This document shows, piece by piece, positions 56,847 through 64,000 of a stretch of 64,000 bases of DNA. The stretch comes from Pseudomonadota bacterium (lineage in GTDB: Bacteria > Pseudomonadota > Alphaproteobacteria > Rhodobacterales > Rhodobacteraceae): assembly GCA_018240425.1 (NCBI GenBank), contig JAFEFU010000029.1:9460-73459 (forward strand), given 5' to 3'. Below the pieces are notes generated by a model. That model worked only from the letters and a program-made list of their open reading frames with translations. It made no database searches and was not told where the DNA came from. Numbering within the stretch: the stretch's first letter is position 1; each line of letters opens with the position of its first letter. The position numbers were made by a program, and so were the translations under genes.

Positions 56847-57269
56847 TCAGTTGGTTGCGCCCACGCGGATCGTGCCGCCGGGTGCCACGGCCCCGAGGAC
56901 GGTCGTCCGCGAGCCGGTGTTCATCACGCGGATCCGCTCGCCCACTCCGCCGCGGTCAAGCGCGCGCCCCTCGGCCGAGATGGTGACCCGGCCGCTCGCG
57001 TAAAGGATGGTGACAAGCTGGTTGCGCTCGACCTCGGCCGCCCGCGCCAGGTTGGACAGAAGGATCGGCTGGCCGCGATAGACCGCGGTGCGCACTTCCT
57101 GCCCCTCGACCTCGGACACGGCCTGCGCAGCGCCTTCGGCCTCGCGCGGCGCGACAACGACATCGGCCGGTCCGATGATGCTGTGCGCGGGCAGCGTCCG
57201 GGCGGCGATCAGCGACTGGGCGTCGGCGGCCACGGGCATCAGGACGGCGATGACAAGCAGCCGGATCAT
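56847..57269 (-). CDS. flgA: flagellar P-ring formation chaperone
   Basis: 140-aa secreted ORF with a SAF/FlgA C-terminal pattern (G..LD.G..GE.IRV.N..S...V.G.V...G.V.V). Confidence 0.8.
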   Translation of the reverse strand: MIRLLVIAVLMPVAADAQSLIAARTLPAHSIIGPADVVVAPREAEGAAQAVSEVEGQEVRTAVYRGQPILLSNLARAAEVERNQLVTILYASGRVTISAEGRALDRGGVGERIRVMNTGSRTTVLGAVAPGGTIRVGATN

Positions 57270-58054
57270 CAGCGCACCTGGGCCGTGGCGCCGAGCATCT
57301 GGTCGGCGGCGGTGATGACCTTGGCGTTCAGCTCATAGCCGCGCTGCGCCTCGATCAGGTCGGTGATCTCGCGCACAGCGTCGACGGAGCTCTCTTCGAG
57401 ATAGCCCTGGCGCAGGGTGCCGAGCCCGCTTTGCCCGGGCGCGGCGATGGTCGCCGACCCCGAGGCCGCGGTTTCGAGAAACAGGTTCGATCCGGTCGCC
57501 TCGAGACCCTTGTCGTTGGTGAAGCCGGCGAGCGTCAGTTGGCCCAGGAGCTGCGGGGCGGTCTGGCCGGCGAAATAGGCATAGACCTCGCCCGAGGCGT
57601 TGATGGTCAGCGACTTCGCATCGGCCGGGATGGTGATTCCCGGCGCGACCACATAGCCGTCCGAGGTCACGATCTGGCCATCGGCCGACCGTTTCAGCGC
57701 CCCGTCGCGGGTATAGGCCGCCCCCCCCGAGGGCAGCGTCACCTCGAGATAGCCGGGCCCCTCGATCGCCAGATCGAGATCGCCGCCGGTCTGCGACAGG
57801 GACCCCTGCTGAAGATTCACCGAAACCGCGGTCGGCCGCACCCCGAGACCGATCTGGATCCCGGTCGGAACCACGGTTCCGTCGGCGGCACTGATCGCGC
57901 CGGGGGCGGTGACCTGCTGGTAATGCAGGTCGGCGAATTCGGCCCGGCGGGCGTTGTAGCCGGTGGTGGACATGTTGGCGAGGTTGTTCGAGATCACCTC
58001 GACCCTGGTCTGCTGGGCGGTCATGCCGGTCGCGGCAATCTGAAGGGCGCGCAT
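57269..58054 (-). CDS. flgG: flagellar basal-body rod protein FlgG
   Basis: MRALQIAATGM.AQQ...V.SNNLANMSTTGY start and C-terminal LE.SNVD.V.E...LI.AQR.YE.N.K.I...D.M. Confidence 0.95.
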   Translation of the reverse strand: MRALQIAATGMTAQQTRVEVISNNLANMSTTGYNARRAEFADLHYQQVTAPGAISAADGTVVPTGIQIGLGVRPTAVSVNLQQGSLSQTGGDLDLAIEGPGYLEVTLPSGGAAYTRDGALKRSADGQIVTSDGYVVAPGITIPADAKSLTINASGEVYAYFAGQTAPQLLGQLTLAGFTNDKGLEATGSNLFLETAASGSATIAAPGQSGLGTLRQGYLEESSVDAVREITDLIEAQRGYELNAKVITAADQMLGATAQVR

Positions 58055-58063
58055 TCCTGCCTC

Positions 58064-58780
58064 CTATCGGCCGATGGTCTGGACGACCGAGCGGATCCGG
58101 CCGTCCTCGGCGTCAAGGAAGCCCTGGCCCATCTCGTAGGCCCGCTGGACCGCGATCATGCGGGTGATCTCGGCCACCGGATTGACATTCGATCCTTCCA
58201 GAAATCCCTGAAATACATGTCCGCCCTCGAGCGGCTGCGGGTCGGACGAGGTGCGGAACCGGGTGCCTCCGGCCTCGGTCAGGTCGGCGGGGCTCGCCGG
58301 GCGGTACAGGCCGACCTGCGCGACCGGCTGGCCGTCGGCCGAGATCGTGCCGTCGCGGGCGACGCTCCATTGCGCCACTCCCGGCGGCACGGCGATGGGC
58401 GAGCCGCCGCTGTCGAGGACCGGATGGCCTTCGGCGGTGACGAGGGTTCCGTCGGCCGAGGGCGTGAAGGCGCCCGCGCGCGTCAGCTGGTTGCCCTCGG
58501 GCGTCTGCACCATGAAGAACCCCTCGCCCTCGATCGCCAGGTCGAAGCGGCCGCCGGTCTCCTGCAGGACGCCCTGCGACAGGTTCACGGCGCGGCCCTC
58601 GGCACTGGCCATCGACAGCGAAGGCTCGTTCCCGCGCAGGTCGGCGACATGCTCGGCGAAGATCACCCCCTCGCGGCGGAAACCCGTGGTGGACATGTTG
58701 GCGATGTTGTTGGCCACGACCTGCATTTCCTGCATCAGTCCCGACTGGCGGTTCAGGGTGGTGTAGATGCCGTTGTCCAT
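58064..58780 (-). CDS. flgF: flagellar basal-body rod protein FlgF
   Basis: MDNGIYT.L.RQ......M.VVANNIANMST.GFR start and C-terminal LE.SNVNPV.E...MI.VQRAYE. Confidence 0.9.
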   Translation of the reverse strand: MDNGIYTTLNRQSGLMQEMQVVANNIANMSTTGFRREGVIFAEHVADLRGNEPSLSMASAEGRAVNLSQGVLQETGGRFDLAIEGEGFFMVQTPEGNQLTRAGAFTPSADGTLVTAEGHPVLDSGGSPIAVPPGVAQWSVARDGTISADGQPVAQVGLYRPASPADLTEAGGTRFRTSSDPQPLEGGHVFQGFLEGSNVNPVAEITRMIAVQRAYEMGQGFLDAEDGRIRSVVQTIGR

Positions 58781-58783
58781 CGT

Positions 58784-59050
58784 TCAGCTTCCTGCGATCA
58801 GGGGGATGATCCGGTCGGTCAGGAACGACACCAGCGTGCCGGTCATGAAGGTCATGCTGACCCAGAAGACGATCAGCATCGCCCCCACCTTCGGCACGAA
58901 GGTCAGCGTCATCTCCTGGACCGACGTGAGCGCCTGCAGAAGGCCGATCGCGAGGCCCATGGCCAGGGCCACGGCCAGAAGCGGAGCCGAGACAGTCACC
59001 GCAGCCCACAGAGCCTGGCGCAGGGTGTCGAAGAAGACGGCATCGCTCAT
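58784..59050 (-). CDS. fliQ: flagellar export apparatus protein FliQ
   Basis: 88-aa two-TM ORF with LLQALTSVQEMTLTFVPK. Confidence 0.93.
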   Translation of the reverse strand: MSDAVFFDTLRQALWAAVTVSAPLLAVALAMGLAIGLLQALTSVQEMTLTFVPKVGAMLIVFWVSMTFMTGTLVSFLTDRIIPLIAGS

Positions 59051-59051
59051 G

Positions 59052-59342
59052 TCAGATCTGCATCCTGAGGATTTCCTGATAGGCCTCGACCACCTTGTCG
59101 CGCAGCGTCACCGCGGTCTCGACCGCAAGCTCGGACGAGGCGAGCGCCTGGACCAGCGCGTGCGGATCGGCACCGCTGGTCATCGCCGCGCGGGCGGTGT
59201 CCTCGCCGGCCTTCAGGGTGGTGGCCAGCCCGTTCAACACCGTTCCGAATCCCGCCGGGCCGGAGGGCGCTGCACCGCCCGCTGCCGTGGCGGGCCGCGC
59301 CTGGCCGTAGCCGAGCGAGGCGAGCGTCGTTCGCACATCCAT
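59052..59342 (-). CDS. fliE: flagellar hook-basal body complex protein FliE
   Basis: 96-aa ORF with C-terminal ...ELAVETAVT.RDKVVEAYQEI.RMQI. Confidence 0.85.
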   Translation of the reverse strand: MDVRTTLASLGYGQARPATAAGGAAPSGPAGFGTVLNGLATTLKAGEDTARAAMTSGADPHALVQALASSELAVETAVTLRDKVVEAYQEILRMQI

Positions 59343-59353
59343 GATCGCCCCCC

Positions 59354-59746
59354 TTACCGGCGCAGCAGTTCAAGCAGGCTCTGCGACATCTGCCGCGCCT
59401 GATCGAAGAGCTTGAGGTTGGCCTCGTAGCTGCGCTGTGCCTCGCGCGCGTCGGCGATCTCGACCACCATGTCGACGTTCGATCCCTGGTAGTAGCCATC
59501 GGCGCCGGCCAGCGGATTGCCCGGGTCATAGATGCGGCCTGGCTCGGTCGGATCGAGTTCGACCGGGCCGAGGGCCACCCGGCCCGTGCCCGTGCCGCCG
59601 TCGAGCGCGGTCTCGAAGGCGGCGGTCTTGCGGCGGTAGCCGGGGGTGTCGGCGTTGGCGACATTTTCCGAGATGTAGCGCAGGCGCATGGACTGCGCCT
59701 CCATCCCCGAAGCAGCGACGGACAGGGCCGTGACGGTCTCGCCCAT
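59354..59746 (-). CDS. flgC: flagellar basal-body rod protein FlgC
   Basis: SASGM.AQ..RL..ISEN.ANADT.GYRRK start and C-terminal V.EI.....A.RSYEAN. Confidence 0.93.
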   Translation of the reverse strand: MGETVTALSVAASGMEAQSMRLRYISENVANADTPGYRRKTAAFETALDGGTGTGRVALGPVELDPTEPGRIYDPGNPLAGADGYYQGSNVDMVVEIADAREAQRSYEANLKLFDQARQMSQSLLELLRR

Positions 59747-59756
59747 GACGGCCTCC

Positions 59757-60143
59757 TTACCTGCGGCCCAGGCTGGCGCGAAGGATGCCGAGCGAGCTTT
59801 TGTAGACGCTCAGCGCCAGATCATTGTCCTGGCGGATCTGCGCCGCCCGCATCATCTCGTCCTCGAGCGAGACATTGTTGCCGTTGGGCGACATGTGTCC
59901 GCCAGCGCGCTCCGACAGGCTCTGTCCGGCCAGCCGGGCAGAGCCGCCGAGATGGCCGGGCCGGGTGCGGCGAAGGCCAAATCCGTCGTCGTCGGCATAG
60001 GCCGCGGCAAAGTCCGGCCCGTCCTTGGCGCGATAGCCGGGCGTGTCGGCATTGGCGACATTCGCGGCGATGGCCGACAGGCGCAGGGACGCGTTCGACG
60101 ATCTGGCGGCGGCCATCGTCAGGATTTCAGGCGTCTCGAACAT
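59757..60143 (-). CDS. flgB: flagellar basal-body rod protein FlgB
   Basis: 128-aa ORF with IAANVANADTPGYRAKD and the C-terminal rod-family heptads. Confidence 0.9.
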   Translation of the reverse strand: MFETPEILTMAAARSSNASLRLSAIAANVANADTPGYRAKDGPDFAAAYADDDGFGLRRTRPGHLGGSARLAGQSLSERAGGHMSPNGNNVSLEDEMMRAAQIRQDNDLALSVYKSSLGILRASLGRR

Positions 60144-60226
60144 CGGGGCTTCTCCTCCGAGCTTTCAATCAAGCCTTAAGGGCGATTCGTTTAGAAACGG
60201 TAATGAGCCGCCGATGAGGGAAGCGA

Positions 60227-61570
60227 ATGTCCGGAACCATGTTCCAGCCCCTGCAGGACCAGATTGCCGCCATCCGGCCGGCGCGCCCGATCGCCCGGGT
60301 CAGCGAGGTCGGCCGCGGACTGGTGCGCGTCGGTCGGGCCGGTCCTGACTGGCGGATGGGCGACCGGGTCCACGTCCGCGCGGGCGACGGTGCGACGCTG
60401 GGCGGCGAGATCGTCCTTCTGGATGCCGGCGGAGCCGCGATCCTGACCGACCGGGCGCCGGATGGCCTCCGGCCGGGCGATCCGGTCGCTTTGGCCGGGG
60501 ACCGGGCCTTCTGCCCGCACGAAGGCTGGATCGGCCGCATCATCGACCCGTTCGGCCAGCCGCTCGACGGGCGGCCGCTGGCCGCCGGCCCGCTCGCCCG
60601 GCCCCTGCGTACCTTGCCGCCCCCGGCGGCGGCAAGGCGGAAGCTCGGAGCACGGCTTGAAACCGGGATGCGGCTGTTCAACACCATGCTGCCGCTGGTG
60701 CGCGGCCAGCGTATCGGGCTTTTCGCCGGCTCGGGCGTGGGCAAATCGACCCTCCTCGGCGAACTCGCCCGCCGGGTCGAGGCCGACCTGATCGTCATCG
60801 CCCTGATCGGCGAGCGCGGCCGCGAGCTGCGCGAGTTCGCCGAGGATGTGCTGGGCCGCGAGGGGCGCGCGCGCAGCATCGTCGTTGCCGCCACCTCCGA
60901 CCAGTCGCCCCTGGTGCGCCGGCGCTGTGCCTGGGCGGCGATGGCGGTGGCCGAGCATTTCCGCGATCAGGGCCGCCATGTGCTGTTCCTGGCCGATTCG
61001 ATCACCCGCCTCGCCGAGGCCCACCGCGAAATCGCCCTCGGCGCCGGCGAGCCTGCCGCGCTGCGGGGCTATCCGCCCTCGACCGCGCCGCTCGTCATGG
61101 CGCTGGCCGAACGGGCAGGCCCGGGCGCCGAGGGGGCCGGCGACATCACCGCCGTCTTCTCGGTGCTGGTCGCCGGGTCGGACATGGACGAGCCGGTCGC
61201 CGATATCCTGCGTGGAACCCTTGATGGCCATGTCGTGCTCGACCGTGCCATCGCCGAACGCGGCCGCTTTCCCGCCGTCGACCTCCTGCGGTCGGTGTCG
61301 CGGTCGCTTCCCGCCGCAGCCAGCGCCGGCGAGAACCGCCTGATCGGGCGGGCGCGGCGCCTGCTTGGCGCCTATGAGCGCGCCGAACTGATGATCCAGG
61401 CCGGCCTGTATGCGGCGGGCAGCGACCCGCTGATCGACGCGGCAATCCGCGTCTGGACGGACCTCGATGCCTTCATGGCCGAGGAAGAGCGTGCGGACGC
61501 TGCGGCAAGCTTCGCCCGGCTGGGTGCGATCCTCGGCAGGGCAGGGCTGGCCGAGGAAGCGGCGCCCTGA
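60227..61570 (+). CDS. fliI: flagellum-specific ATPase
   Basis: Walker A GSGVGKSTLL and the F1-like core (ALIGERGRE, VLFLADS.TR.A.A.REI.L..GEP). Confidence 0.95.
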   Translation: MSGTMFQPLQDQIAAIRPARPIARVSEVGRGLVRVGRAGPDWRMGDRVHVRAGDGATLGGEIVLLDAGGAAILTDRAPDGLRPGDPVALAGDRAFCPHEGWIGRIIDPFGQPLDGRPLAAGPLARPLRTLPPPAAARRKLGARLETGMRLFNTMLPLVRGQRIGLFAGSGVGKSTLLGELARRVEADLIVIALIGERGRELREFAEDVLGREGRARSIVVAATSDQSPLVRRRCAWAAMAVAEHFRDQGRHVLFLADSITRLAEAHREIALGAGEPAALRGYPPSTAPLVMALAERAGPGAEGAGDITAVFSVLVAGSDMDEPVADILRGTLDGHVVLDRAIAERGRFPAVDLLRSVSRSLPAAASAGENRLIGRARRLLGAYERAELMIQAGLYAAGSDPLIDAAIRVWTDLDAFMAEEERADAAASFARLGAILGRAGLAEEAAP

Positions 61571-61723
61571 CGACCGCTGCGTCAGAGTCGGGCAGCCCGA
61601 TCCGCCGAGTCGCGGGCCTCGGGGCCATGACAGCACGGAACATGGCGCCCGAGTCCACACAGCACCTGCCGAGGCTTGGCCCCCTGCCGGTTGCCACTCC
61701 AGCGCGCCGCCCTCAGCCGGGCC

Positions 61724-62536
61724 TCAGGCATAGCGCGACAGCGACAGGCCGGTCCTGTCCGTGCCCTGAAGCAGCGACAGGGCCGGAGACGTGGCGCCGC
61801 CCGCCGCCGCCGAACGCAGCAGGAAAAGCCGCACGATCCTGTCAACCCTGGCCGGATCGGCAAACTGCTCGATGCCGCTCTCTCCCAAGGCAGCACCGGC
61901 TCGCGCCTTCAGGATCGCCAGTTGCCGGTCGATGTCGACCGAGACGAAGCTTGACGGCAGGCCGAACGCCGTCTGCAGGACCTGCCGCAGGGGCGGCGAC
62001 CCCATCGCCGCATACCACTTGCCATCCGCCGACAGGCTGCGCCCGGCGATTGCCGCAAGTTCCGAGCGGGCGTTCAGCGCCAGCCGCATGTCGCCGCTGA
62101 CCTGGCCGACGGCGGCCTCGAACCTCTTGGCCTCATATGCGCCAAGCACCTTGTCGGCAAAGTCGGATTTCTTCGTGTTGGGCACCGGGAGATCGCCAAA
62201 GCCGAAGGCCCGCGCGAATTCGAGATAGCGCTTGTCGGCAAGCCGGTTGGCCAAGGCCCCGGGCGAAAGGGTGCCGTCTTCGAGCACCTTCCTCAGAAAC
62301 GCCCGGTTGTTCAGGTCGCCTTCGAGACCGAAGGCGGTCAGCGCCACCGACAGCAGGCGGCGGTCGCCGAGCAGCGCATCCGCCGAACCGACCGCCCCGA
62401 TCCGGTCGCGGAAATACTCCTCGTCGCCTCTGGTCTGCGCGCCGGTGGCGAAGGCCTTCTTCTGCGCGGCCAGGGTCCGGCTCAGGAAGGCCCAGCCGGT
62501 CAGGCCCCCGCCGGGAATGACCGGCGCAAAGCTCAC
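61724..62536 (-). CDS. DUF1217-domain flagellar-associated protein
   Basis: MSFAPVIPGGGLTGWAFL.RT...Q...F and repeated ..AFGL..D.... segments are typical of DUF1217. Its start overlaps the flbT stop. Confidence 0.78.
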   Translation of the reverse strand: MSFAPVIPGGGLTGWAFLSRTLAAQKKAFATGAQTRGDEEYFRDRIGAVGSADALLGDRRLLSVALTAFGLEGDLNNRAFLRKVLEDGTLSPGALANRLADKRYLEFARAFGFGDLPVPNTKKSDFADKVLGAYEAKRFEAAVGQVSGDMRLALNARSELAAIAGRSLSADGKWYAAMGSPPLRQVLQTAFGLPSSFVSVDIDRQLAILKARAGAALGESGIEQFADPARVDRIVRLFLLRSAAAGGATSPALSLLQGTDRTGLSLSRYA

Positions 62537-62937
62537 CCGCGGGCCGCGGCCAGAAGGCGTGCCTCGCGCGGCAGGAGGGCGCGCAGCGACTTCAACGCCT
62601 GGTAGAACTGATCATCCAGAAGCGCCTCGGTCGCTGCCGCAAGCTGGCTGCGACTGTCATGGTCGGTCAGCGCCAAGCTGAGTTGCTCGACCCCGCGGAT
62701 CAGTTGGACCTTCGCCTCGGCCGGGGCCGCGTCGCCGGTCAGGACCAGCTGGGCGACATAGCAGACCCGGCGGACCGGGGTGTTGACCTCGTGCGGGTGG
62801 ATGGCGTCGCGCAGGCGCAGGATGTTGGCATTGGGCGTCAGGATCGCCAGGCGCGATCGCTTGTCGCCATTCTCGATGACCGCCCCGTTGACAAGAACCC
62901 GCTCGTGCGGGGCGAGTTTCAGCACCAGCCCGCTCAT
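62533..62937 (-). CDS. flbT: flagellin synthesis repressor FlbT
   Basis: MSGLVLKL.P.ER.LVNGAVIENGD.R.RL.I......ILRL.DAIHP is canonical FlbT. The start was moved to the ATG at 62937, which overlaps the flaF stop (ATGA). Confidence 0.88.
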   Translation of the reverse strand: MSGLVLKLAPHERVLVNGAVIENGDKRSRLAILTPNANILRLRDAIHPHEVNTPVRRVCYVAQLVLTGDAAPAEAKVQLIRGVEQLSLALTDHDSRSQLAAATEALLDDQFYQALKSLRALLPREARLLAAARG

Positions 62938-63308
62938 CCCGCATCCTCCGCGCCGCGCAGACCGCGCATGATTGCCATGTTGATCTCGACCAGGGCACGG
63001 GCATCCGCCTCCCCGGCCAGAACCCGCGAGGTATGGTGGCGGGCGAAGTCGGCAAGATAGTAAAGCCGCGCCCTCAGGTCGGGCGGAAGGCCATTGGCCG
63101 GCTCTGCCACGTCGGCGGCGATCAGCGTCCAGAGCCGGTGGTTGTCGTGCAGGGCGGCGGCCAGGGCAGGAAAGTCGCCGGGCGCGGACAGCGCCGCGTT
63201 CAGCCGGCGGGTCGCGGTGGCGAAAGCCTCGTGCTCGATGCTGCGTGGGGTGCGGGTGGCGCCTGCCGCGCCGGAATAGACTGCGTGCGCCATCATCTGT
63301 GCGGTCAC
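62934..63308 (-). CDS. flaF: flagellin synthesis regulator FlaF
   Basis: 124-aa ORF with RSIEHEAF......L, L..NHRLW and LP..LRA.L..LA.F pattern. Confidence 0.88.
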   Translation of the reverse strand: MTAQMMAHAVYSGAAGATRTPRSIEHEAFATATRRLNAALSAPGDFPALAAALHDNHRLWTLIAADVAEPANGLPPDLRARLYYLADFARHHTSRVLAGEADARALVEINMAIMRGLRGAEDAG

Positions 63309-63393
63309 TTAGGAATCTTCCCATCTCGGTCATGTCGGATGCGGCCTTGCCGCGCGGTCGGGGGCGCAGGATCTGCGCCCCCGGTGGTCCGGG

Positions 63394-64000
63394 TCAGCCG
63401 CGGAACAGCGCCAGGATGTGCTGCGGCGCCTGATTGGCGATCGACAGCGACTGGATGCCCAGCTGCTGCTGGACCTGCAGCGCCTGAAGCCGCGCCGAGG
63501 CTTCCTCCATGTCGGCATCGACCAGCGAGCCGATGCCGGCCTTGAGAGAGTCCGACAGCTGGCCGACAAACTTGTTCTGGATGTCGATCCGGCTCTGGGC
63601 CGAGCCGAATTCCGCTGCGGCGTCGATGCCGGTCTGGATCAGCGTCTCGATGTTGCCCAATGCCGCCTGCGCCCCGGCTGCCGTCGAGACATCGATCGCC
63701 GAAAGTGCCGAGAGCCCGCCCGACCCCGCGTTCCTGAACTGAGCCGAAACCGTCAGATCCTTGCTCCCGGCATTGGCAAAGTCCAGCTGGCCGGGGTTGG
63801 CGCTGTCATAATCGACCGTCAGGCCGCCGATGCCGAGCTTGTCGATCGCATTCTTCAGCCCGACCGCCACCAGATCCGAGGTGGTCGTCGCGGCCACGTC
63901 GCTGGCGCTGACCGTGTAGGTGGCGGTCTTGCCGCCGATGGTCACCGTCACGCTGTCGCCGGCGGCAAAGCTGGTGGTGGTGTCGTCGACGACGATCTTG
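63394..64000 (-). CDS. flagellin (C-terminal part; the gene runs off the window end)
   Basis: The C-terminal D0/D1 segment ...DADMEEASARLQALQVQQQLGIQSLSIANQAPQ.IL.LFRG is present. The open frame continues to position 64000, so the internal Met in the track is not the true start. Confidence 0.85.
   Translation of the reverse strand, partial: KIVVDDTTTSFAAGDSVTVTIGGKTATYTVSASDVAATTTSDLVAVGLKNAIDKLGIGGLTVDYDSANPGQLDFANAGSKDLTVSAQFRNAGSGGLSALSAIDVSTAAGAQAALGNIETLIQTGIDAAAEFGSAQSRIDIQNKFVGQLSDSLKAGIGSLVDADMEEASARLQALQVQQQLGIQSLSIANQAPQHILALFRG

Noticed and set aside
60144-60226. CtrA box (TTAA-N7-TTAA) in the flgB/fliI divergent promoter
   Set aside because: Only degenerate versions are present (TCAA-N7-TTAA, TTAA-N7-TCGT). 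There is no full consensus, which is too weak to annotate as a site.

Overview
This is a high-GC (roughly two-thirds G+C by eye) alphaproteobacterial chromosome segment. Gene content and a SAM/SAH-type metK leader point to Rhodobacterales (Rhodobacter/Paracoccus-like). I support about 75 protein genes. No rRNA, tRNA or CRISPR array was seen.

Most of the window is conserved housekeeping:
- pth; trpF-trpB; lapA-ihfB-rpsA; cmk-aroA; trmB, queF, metK
- lnt-corC-ybeY-phoH; nudC; dnaX-ybaB...recR; rpsU
- ald/lrp, mscL, pheT, dapD, rlmN
- an alpha-type flagellar basal-body cluster (fliL to flgB, fliI, DUF1217-flbT-flaF-flagellin) at the right end

Five accessory or unusual loci interrupt this backbone:
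1. 1275-3781: a membrane-tethered LuxR-type regulator preceded by four co-oriented secreted PepSY / Gly-Asp-Ser-His low-complexity proteins carrying in-frame tandem DNA repeats. This is my best candidate for an undescribed system.
2. 8782-10457: a two-gene block between cmk and rpsA that includes a TM-anchored Zc3h12a-like NYN RNase.
3. 23396-24406: an intact IS481-family element with a GCTAGA target duplication.
4. 24611-31070: a divergent ubiTUV / ubiD-ubiX-ric(ytfE)-nnrS supercluster sharing one perfect FNR-type box. ubiD appears to lack a canonical start codon.
5. 34060-36481: an island splitting ybaB from recR. It holds an orphan HlyC-family lysine acyltransferase, a TM protein, a truncated low-GC lipase-like gene, a REPIN (two inverted GTAG-REPs) and a RAYT transposase.

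Many long ORFs in the supplied track are antisense or out-of-frame shadows typical of high-GC DNA and were rejected. Several start codons were re-assigned by homology-style reasoning and Shine-Dalgarno inspection and remain provisional.
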